Part shown: one piece after another, positions 56,929-63,357 of the stretch
Numbering within the stretch: the first letter of the stretch is position 1
Layout: every line of letters starts with the position of its first letter
From: Desulfurococcales archaeon
GTDB taxonomy: Archaea; Thermoproteota; Thermoprotei_A; Sulfolobales; Desulfurococcaceae
DNA length: 63,357 nucleotides
Assembly: GCA_027002875.1 (NCBI GenBank)
Contig: JALWZC010000058.1
Location: forward strand, 1-63,357
Reading direction: 5' to 3'
Notes under the pieces: model-generated
Database searches by the model: none
Seen by the model: only the letters and a program-made list of their open reading frames with translations
What the model was told of the DNA's origin: nothing
Position numbers and translations under genes: made by a program

Positions 56929-57952
56929 ATGGTTGTCTTAGGGTGGTTTGTATTGGCTAGGTGGGTTCTACTTGTGCATGGCGATAGTGATGGCGTTGTC
57001 TCCGGTGCTTTAGCATATTATTATTTTTCATCTCATGGCCATGATGTATCGGTTTATTTTACTCATCCAGCCGGGTTAGCTGGTGATCTTAGGGAGTTCG
57101 TTGAGCATGGTGATAATGTTTTTATCTCAGATATTGCGTTGAGCGAGGCTCATCTCGGCGAGATTAAAGGGTTGTTTCGCAGGATTAGTTCTTGGGGCAA
57201 ATTAATATATATTGATCACCATCCGGAGCCATTGGGGCTTAAGCCCAGGGATCTATCGGGTGTGGTGGTTCATGATACTTGTTGTTCCGCTTCAGAACTC
57301 ACCTATAGGTTTTTCGCCGAGAGGGGTTTGGGAGAGGAGTATTCTAGGGTAGCCTTGTATGGTGCTATTGGCGATTACCTAGATGAGACTGTTTGGGTTA
57401 AATCTATGCTTAGAAGATGGGATAAGAGGATGATCTATTTCGAAGCGGGAGTGCTCGTGCAGGGTTTGGAGGGTTCCAGGAAGCTCTATGATTTTAAGCG
57501 TGGTATTTTAAAGATGCTCGCCCGGAACGAGCTTCCTAGTCGTGATTCAGAGTTGTTGCTTCATGCCTTAGTGCAAAGTCGTAGGGATGAGGCTTTGAGG
57601 CTTTGGGTTAAGAATAGCCTTAGTGTTCGTGGTATTGTTGCTATTGTTGCTAATCCACCGGGTAGTCTTGGGAGGGCTGCTAACTATGCTTTGATTTATA
57701 GTGGTAAACCTATTGGGCTCGCTTATGAGGAAAGGGGTAACGTGTTGGTGATGAGTCTTAGGAGTATGGTTGTTGATCTAACTAAATAGACTCCTACGCC
57801 GAGTTTCAGGGCTGGTTGGTGGTACTGGTGGCGGGCATTCCTTTGCTGCTGGTGCACGTATCCCGCGTCATAGGCTTGAAGACTTCCTGGGCTTGATTAA
57901 TGAGTATTATTCCTCATTCATTACCACTGAGGAGTCTCTGAGCACTTCTTAG
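56929..57952 (+). pseudogene. DHH/DHHA1 phosphoesterase (NrnA-like) interrupted by a +1 frameshift near 57781-57789
   Basis: Frame 0 (56929..57789) carries LLVHGDSDG, FISDIA and YIDHHPE. The +1 frame, open at 57782..57952, encodes LVGGTGGGHSFAAGARIP, the DHHA1 GGGH-x2-AAG motif. Confidence 0.7.
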
Positions 57953-58639
57953 TATTGCTTCTCTAAGCATAGGTTTTAATTCTTCGAGTAGACTGCTAAC
58001 TTTATCCCATGGTATTTTTCCTCCTTCATCAGCTGCTTTATTCACTATTATCGCTATTGCTACGTATTCCATCCCTGCTTCTCTAGCCATGAAGACTTCT
58101 GGTGCTAGGCTTGTTGATACTAGTGTTCCACCTAGCATCCTATACATTCTAGCCTCTGCTGGTGTCTCGGGCCTGGGCCCTTCTGTTACGACTACTACTC
58201 CTTCACTATGTATTCTCAACCCGGTTTTTCCTAGTTCTTCTATTATTATCTTCCTCATTTTCTCGGAGAATAACTGGGATGTATCTATTGTACGGGCTTC
58301 GTCGATGAATAGTGTTGTTTGCCTGGATTTTGTTAGGTCTATTACATCGTTTGGTATTACTATGTCTCCTATCTCGTATTCTCGGGTTAAGCGTGTTCCC
58401 AGTATTGTTGAAGAAACATATTCTACGCCGTGGTGTTGTAGGGCTGATATTATTGCTTTGTAGTTTACCATGTTTGATGGTATGTGTTCTCGGAATCCGT
58501 GTCTTGGTATTACTACTAGTCTCGGCTCGGTTGTTGTATACATGTATTTTACTCTTCCATGAAGCGTGTCTATTTCTAGTATTGATCCCTGGAAGGCTCC
58601 TCTAAGCGCAGTACCGGCTATTACGCCGGCTTTCTTCAT
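57914..58639 (-). CDS. Purine nucleoside / methylthioadenosine phosphorylase-like protein (PNP family 2)
   Basis: VVIPRHGFREHIPSNMVNYKAIISAL, GDIVIPNDVIDLT and TEGPRPETPAE parallel the MTAP blocks R-H-G-x-x-H, V-N-Y-R-A-N, and G-D-x-V-x-P-D-Q-x-I-D. Confidence 0.6.
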   Translation of the reverse strand: MKKAGVIAGTALRGAFQGSILEIDTLHGRVKYMYTTTEPRLVVIPRHGFREHIPSNMVNYKAIISALQHHGVEYVSSTILGTRLTREYEIGDIVIPNDVIDLTKSRQTTLFIDEARTIDTSQLFSEKMRKIIIEELGKTGLRIHSEGVVVVTEGPRPETPAEARMYRMLGGTLVSTSLAPEVFMAREAGMEYVAIAIIVNKAADEGGKIPWDKVSSLLEELKPMLREAILRSAQRLLSGNE

Positions 58640-59496
58640 GTAAGTTCCTCCATTTTAGCTTTGATTACTTGTTCTGCTTCTTCCTTAGTGATCTCTACTA
58701 TTCCAGCTTTTCTTAGTTCTTCTACTATTTTCTCGGGGTGTTCCGTGTATGTGTCCGGGTCTGCTTCTGCTTTTATCCTTGCTTTATAGGCTTTCCCATG
58801 CTCTCCTATTATTACTGCTTCGATGTAGTATTGTCCCGCTACTGGTTCAATGCTTGCTATACCCATGGATTCCCCCTTCTCATTGCTTAGCTTGAATATT
58901 ACTCCTCCGTGTAGTGTTGCACCTATAGGGTCTGCTCTTGCTATTGCCTCGAGAACAGTAGTTTTTTCCTCAACCGGTTTTTCCTCTCTTTCCTCTTTTA
59001 ATACTGGTTTTTCTAGTGGTTGTGTCCCTTCAGCTATTCCTATTGTTTGCTGTGTGGACCATTCTTCTTTTATGGTCTCGGTTTTCGCTTCTGTTTTTTC
59101 TTCTACTGGGCGTTTATATTCCTCCATTACCTGTGCTAGTTTCTCCTTTATTACTTTCTCCACGATTTTTGCGACTTCTTCATCTGGTATTCTCTTGAAG
59201 TATTCTACTCTTAACGTGTCGTATTTCCATTTGATCTCCATTGTTTCGGGGTTGAAGCTGTACTTTATCCTTATCCTTACAACGTCTCCTTTATCACTCT
59301 TTAATTCTTCTACTAGGATGTAGTATAGTAGTCTGTTTACTTCTCCAGCCGCTCTCGCGATTTCTTTTCCTACTTCCCTGTTCTTCTTTACATAGTCTCT
59401 TAATTGTGCAAATAGGGTTCTCCTCAGCTTGTCCGCGTATGCACCCGCTATTACTAGGCCTGTGCTCAGCTCGTTTTCTATAATTGGTGTCGTCAA
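58636..59496 (-). CDS. Conserved-looking hypothetical protein
   Basis: 286 aa, overlapping the downstream gene by 4 nt, with an acidic Glu/Lys-rich central linker. No motif recognised. Confidence 0.5.
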   Translation of the reverse strand: MTTPIIENELSTGLVIAGAYADKLRRTLFAQLRDYVKKNREVGKEIARAAGEVNRLLYYILVEELKSDKGDVVRIRIKYSFNPETMEIKWKYDTLRVEYFKRIPDEEVAKIVEKVIKEKLAQVMEEYKRPVEEKTEAKTETIKEEWSTQQTIGIAEGTQPLEKPVLKEEREEKPVEEKTTVLEAIARADPIGATLHGGVIFKLSNEKGESMGIASIEPVAGQYYIEAVIIGEHGKAYKARIKAEADPDTYTEHPEKIVEELRKAGIVEITKEEAEQVIKAKMEELT

Positions 59497-59655
59497 GGTT
59501 TATACACCGATACGGGGTATTGATACACGGGTTCTACTAGTATAATTTATCTAGGGCCGCTGTATAAGAAGATTTAGCGTGTTTTTCGAGGGTTTTTACG
59601 GGTTGGAGGGGATTAGTGTTAATACTTTGTTTTTACACTATATATTCCTAGAGGG

Positions 59656-59916
59656 TTGATCGGGTGTTTCATGTTGAGTAGTGGCGAGACCGTGTTGTTT
59701 GAAGGCGTGATCGTGGGGTTCGAGTCTCCGGAGGGTTTTGATGAGCCTGCACTGTATATTCAGGGTAGTGTAAACGATGAGCCTGCGGGTTTCTACGTGT
59801 TGATTCCTAGGGAGAAGCATGAGGAGTTGTTGAGGCTTGGTGTTGGGCAGATGTTTGCTGGTAAGGGTGTTGTAGTTAAGCGTGATCCTCTTGTTTTAAG
59901 GCTTGTAGTGGAGTGA
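59656..59916 (+). CDS. Hypothetical small protein
   Basis: 86-aa ORF; the start may be at MLSSGETV. Confidence 0.4.
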   Translation: MIGCFMLSSGETVLFEGVIVGFESPEGFDEPALYIQGSVNDEPAGFYVLIPREKHEELLRLGVGQMFAGKGVVVKRDPLVLRLVVE

Positions 59917-59922
59917 TTACAC

Positions 59923-60399
59923 ATGGTGCTTCTCCGCAAGCCTCCCCGGATTAAAGTGTTGGAAGCTATTGGTGCTCTGGGTGATGGGAGGCTTAAGCCT
60001 CTCTGCGAATACTCTGCTGAAGTTACTAGTAGTAGGGGGGATAGGGTTTACAAGGTAGTTGTACTCCCGGATAATAGGGTTTATAGTAGTGATAATGGTA
60101 CTAGGCTCCGAGGCTATGTTGGGTATCCTATTATTGCCTTCCTAATGCATAAGGGCGTTATACCTATTGATCGGGAGGTTATGAAGGCTATGACTGGTAT
60201 ACCGTGGAAGGATCTTAATGAGAGGTATAGGAGATATGCTATTGTTGAGGAGATAGTGTTGAGGAGGGCTGAGCGTCTCGGTGTTAAGAGGGAGATAATA
60301 TATGATTATATCAATATTGTTATGAAGAAGCTGGGCTTGATGAAGCTGTTATTTGATGAATCACTAGCTAACTATGATTGTAGTAGCTCAGCACCGTGA
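59923..60399 (+). CDS. Hypothetical protein
   Basis: 158-aa ORF, 6 nt after the previous one. Confidence 0.5.
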   Translation: MVLLRKPPRIKVLEAIGALGDGRLKPLCEYSAEVTSSRGDRVYKVVVLPDNRVYSSDNGTRLRGYVGYPIIAFLMHKGVIPIDREVMKAMTGIPWKDLNERYRRYAIVEEIVLRRAERLGVKREIIYDYINIVMKKLGLMKLLFDESLANYDCSSSAP

Positions 60400-60448
60400 C
60401 CTTCTTCATCCTTTTCTTCTTCCTCTCCGCCTAGGACGCCTTCATCAT
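60388..60448 (-). ncRNA. Box C/D sRNA candidate
   Basis: Minus strand reads ATGATGA (C; its first A is the last base of the upstream TAA stop) - 12 nt AGGCGTCCTAGG - CGGA (D') - 16 nt purine-rich loop - ATGAAGA (C') - 11 nt AGGTCACGGTG - CTGA (D). Confidence 0.55.
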
Positions 60449-61077
60449 TACAGGTTTATGTATCCCTTCCTTATACTCAAATATTTTTTCTGTACTAGGC
60501 TTGAGAGTATTCTTCGTGCCTCGCTTCGGGGTATGCTCATGCTGCTTGCTAGTAGTACTACTGTGTCTCTAGTGGTTAGCTCGCCGTACTCGATCATTGC
60601 TTCTCTCAGTAACTCTAGTGCTTCTTCTTCTCTCTTATTTAAGTCTTTAACTGGTATTAGTTCGCCGCTACTTATTTTGAATCTTATTGTTTCATATCCT
60701 ATCCTTAACTCATAGTTTTCTCCTACTCTCCGTATCCATGCTTTCCTGTAGTTTCTAGGCGTCCTTAGGCCCTCTCCGGGTGTTTTCGTCACTATTATGT
60801 TCTCAGATCTGCTCCACGGCATTCTTACTGGTTCGATATAGACTGTTAATGAGTAGCTTCCAGTGATTTCTTCCGGCGCAATGATTATATTTTCGGGGTA
60901 TTCATCTATTCTTCCCAGTAATGACTCGTAGAGTTTTCCCGGGTCTATTATTAGTACTGGGCTTTTTACTTGTTTAACTGTTTTATGTATTAGTAGTAGT
61001 TTCGGGTTCATATAGTGGCTTATAATTATCCATTTACCGTGTGTTAGCTTGTAGGCTATTCTATCCAGCTTGTTCAA
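60448..61077 (-). CDS. Hypothetical protein with C-terminal wHTH-like segment
   Basis: 209 aa. C-terminal ELTTRDTVVLLASSMSIPRSEARRILSSLVQKKYLSI looks like a winged helix. Confidence 0.5.
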   Translation of the reverse strand: MNKLDRIAYKLTHGKWIIISHYMNPKLLLIHKTVKQVKSPVLIIDPGKLYESLLGRIDEYPENIIIAPEEITGSYSLTVYIEPVRMPWSRSENIIVTKTPGEGLRTPRNYRKAWIRRVGENYELRIGYETIRFKISSGELIPVKDLNKREEEALELLREAMIEYGELTTRDTVVLLASSMSIPRSEARRILSSLVQKKYLSIRKGYINL

Positions 61078-61157
61078 CTACTTATTCCCCCGGTTAATCC
61101 GTGTTTTCCTATTAGTATTTTATGGTTTTTTATTCTGGTATTGTTGTATAGGTATAA

Positions 61158-62183
61158 TTGTTGAGTAGTGTCTTTGACTCGTTGTGGGGGTGTGTATTGT
61201 TGGAGGAGTATTATCTTGGCTGGCTTAACCAGTTGGAGGATGGATTGAAGCATTGGAGTGATTGGAGTATTAGCGGTGTATTTAGGGGTATCATTGTTGC
61301 CGGTATGGGTGGTAGTGGTATTGTTGGTGATTACTTGTCTGCCCTCTCACTGGTTAACGGGGGGTTGCCGGTGATTACTGTTAAACACTACATGGTTCCA
61401 GGCTTTGTTGGTAGTAGTGATTTAGCTGTTGTTATTAGTTATAGTGGTAACACGTTGGAGACTAGGTTGTTCTACGAGTCTGTTAGGAAGCGTGGAGCTG
61501 CTGTTGTCGTTGTTTCTAGTGATGGCTTATTGGAGGAGTATGCTCGTAGGGATAACGTGTTGTTTCTACCGGTTGTTAAGGGTATTGCTCCGCGTACCGC
61601 GCTTCCACACATGCTTTACCGTATACTCGGACTACTTGATTCTTCCGGTATAAGCATTGTTTCCCGGGATAAAGCGAAGCGTGCATATGATTTCTTAACG
61701 GGTGTGATGGAGGAGGCTACTGATAAAGCCTATGACATCGCGTCGTTCATCCATGAGAATAAAGGGTTATTGATACTCGCTACACATTCACCCCTAGAAC
61801 CTCTAGCTTGGAGGGTTAAGAACGAGTTTAACGAGAACAGTAAGATCCCTGTTAAGGTTGAAGCTGCTCCGGAATGGATGCATAACGATATCGTGGGCTG
61901 GGAGAAGCCTTATGAGAACAAGTATACGGCTATACTAGTAAGCGATCCATCTGATAGAGTTGGATCAAGGCTCGTAGACTATATGGAAAAGATCTATAAG
62001 GAGAACAGTATTCCGACTTACAGGCTATTATTAAAAGGCGAGACCCTGCTCGAGAAACTACTATATGGTAGCCTAGTATTCGGCTTAGCCAGCGTTAGAC
62101 TAGCCCGTATAAGGGGGCTCGACCCCTTGAAAACTACTAGTATTGTAGAGTATAAGAAGGTTGTTGATAGTATTTTTAAGTAA
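61158..62183 (+). CDS. Bifunctional phosphoglucose/phosphomannose isomerase (SIS domain)
   Basis: IIVAGMGGSGIVGDYL and VVISYSGNTLET are SIS-domain blocks. The size and C-terminal half fit the crenarchaeal PGI/PMI family. Confidence 0.7.
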   Translation: MLSSVFDSLWGCVLLEEYYLGWLNQLEDGLKHWSDWSISGVFRGIIVAGMGGSGIVGDYLSALSLVNGGLPVITVKHYMVPGFVGSSDLAVVISYSGNTLETRLFYESVRKRGAAVVVVSSDGLLEEYARRDNVLFLPVVKGIAPRTALPHMLYRILGLLDSSGISIVSRDKAKRAYDFLTGVMEEATDKAYDIASFIHENKGLLILATHSPLEPLAWRVKNEFNENSKIPVKVEAAPEWMHNDIVGWEKPYENKYTAILVSDPSDRVGSRLVDYMEKIYKENSIPTYRLLLKGETLLEKLLYGSLVFGLASVRLARIRGLDPLKTTSIVEYKKVVDSIFK

Positions 62184-62293
62184 AATCTACTATTCACCGA
62201 TATGTATCGATCCTGTTGAGCGGGTCGTTTATGACTAAAGGTATAGCTTGTTGTATCAATATATTTATTCTTCTCAATTGAATTTATTACTAG

Positions 62294-63208
62294 TTATTGT
62301 TTGGGTATTAGGTTGTTTATGAGTTTTAGGAGTGTTTTTGTTTCTAGGCTGCCTTGGATTGTTATTATTGTGTTTTTATAGCATGTTTTCGCTATTGAGG
62401 ATTGTATTATGCAGTGATTTATTCCGTCTATTATTTTACAACATGTAGTCTTGTTACGGATTAGTACTGGCCAGTTTTTAACGTGTACTATGTATGGTTT
62501 ACTGCAGGCTCCTATACATTTTGGATCGTTCCTGCATTCTTCTATGTGTTTTCCTGTATTATTTATTGTTTGTTTATAGTATTCTAGTAGTTCTTCCTTG
62601 TCTTTGCATGGTTGTATTCCTATTGTTAGGTTTTTGCTCGTGATTGATTGGTTTGTTAGTGTTATTAATACTGTTTCTTCTTCGGGGCTTAGTTCTTCTA
62701 TGGTTCCGGGTAGTAGGATTGTCTTGTTTGTTATGTCTTCGCCGTTGAATATTATCCTGTATGTTTTATTTACTATTTCAAACTTGTAGTTTTCACTATG
62801 TACTATGTAGTCTGGAGGCTTCTTATATGCTAGTATTATCGATGTTGAGGGTTTGAAGGTTATTGTTACGGTATTGTTTTTTGATTCTAGTATTATTCTT
62901 TCCAGTATGAACTTGTTCATACCTATAAATGTTTCAACCCTGTATCCCTTTTTCTTCAATATATTAATGGTTTTTACAATGTTATCTGGTGGTATTCCGG
63001 TTATCTTCTTAGTGTATTCAGTATATATGCTTGTATCGTTTATTCTCAATGCTACTATGTTATATTCTACTAGTGAAGGTGAACCATAGATTGTTGGATG
63101 ATTTAATAACGTGTAGTATAGGCTGGTTACGGATGCTATAGCTACAAATGTTACCAGTATCAAGAATAGACTCCTGGGCATAGAAGCCCCCGTTTTATAA
63201 AAATACAC
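62294..63208 (-). CDS. Secreted/anchored Cys-rich glycoprotein-like protein
   Basis: Signal/anchor MPRSLFLILVTFVAIASVTS, many N-x-S/T sequons, and 10 Cys in the C-terminal 100 aa. Confidence 0.5.
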   Translation of the reverse strand: MYFYKTGASMPRSLFLILVTFVAIASVTSLYYTLLNHPTIYGSPSLVEYNIVALRINDTSIYTEYTKKITGIPPDNIVKTINILKKKGYRVETFIGMNKFILERIILESKNNTVTITFKPSTSIILAYKKPPDYIVHSENYKFEIVNKTYRIIFNGEDITNKTILLPGTIEELSPEEETVLITLTNQSITSKNLTIGIQPCKDKEELLEYYKQTINNTGKHIEECRNDPKCIGACSKPYIVHVKNWPVLIRNKTTCCKIIDGINHCIIQSSIAKTCYKNTIITIQGSLETKTLLKLINNLIPKQ

Positions 63209-63357
63209 TTTGGAAACTAATATTTATTTTTCATAAAGAATTGGTTATGGATTGCGCGCCATAGGTAGGAGCCCGTTATGGATGGATGGATGGGTTGGGG
63301 GATTTGCACTCGAACCGGGTTCAAGGGCTCCGCCCAGATTCTTCCCCGGGCTTGTAA

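Noticed and set aside
55177-62200. A G/T-richer block containing a tyrosine recombinase, considered as an integrated element.
   Set aside because: It encodes core metabolic genes (PGI/PMI, MTAP-like). No flanking direct repeats or tRNA-derived att site were seen. The AT-rich flanks look more like the foreign or fast-evolving parts.
63268-63331. Interior of the GGAGCCC/GGGCTCC stem is exactly 50 nt, matching a 7-12-4-4-7-12-4 layout. tRNA 3' half and 5S rRNA were also considered.
   Set aside because: The box positions have no resemblance to RUGAUGA/CUGA on either strand. No T-arm can be paired, and similarity to the 5S CGAACCCGGAAGUUAAGC block breaks down after 6 nt.

Overview
Archaeal chromosomal segment. 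Gene content suggests a crenarchaeon (Desulfurococcales-like): an A1AO ATPase operon, bifunctional PGI/PMI, tungsten AOR, CTP-type riboflavin kinase, 24-nt CRISPR repeats and box C/D sRNAs. About 70 protein genes are densely packed on both strands. Landmarks are: tRNA-Leu(UAG) followed by a 12-repeat CRISPR array with no visible cas genes; an encapsulin with a fused ferritin-like domain; and a complete A-type ATPase operon (D, DUF61, H, I, K, E, C, F, A, B) whose A subunit carries a 532-aa LAGLIDADG intein in the P-loop. ProRS and a XerA-like recombinase are also present. Reading the intergenic DNA by eye gave four box C/D sRNA candidates. Two have guides complementary to universally conserved 16S rRNA segments, and one of those has a perfect 13-bp terminal helix where the consensus terminal C/D boxes should be. 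Two genes are interrupted by frameshifts: a secreted protein, and a DHH/DHHA1 phosphoesterase whose GGGH-x2-AAG motif lies out of frame. The best candidates for uncharacterised systems are: (i) an AT-rich three-gene operon at 26.6-30.6 kb with no family I can recognise; (ii) divergent NurA-HerA and membrane-membrane-DHH operons at 19.5-25.2 kb; (iii) an overlapping HDAC-CYTH-Nudix-Cas4-like operon at 14.6-17.3 kb. All calls come from manual motif reading. No searches or folding programs were run. rRNA comparisons use recalled universal sequences, and GC values are spot counts of single 60-nt lines.
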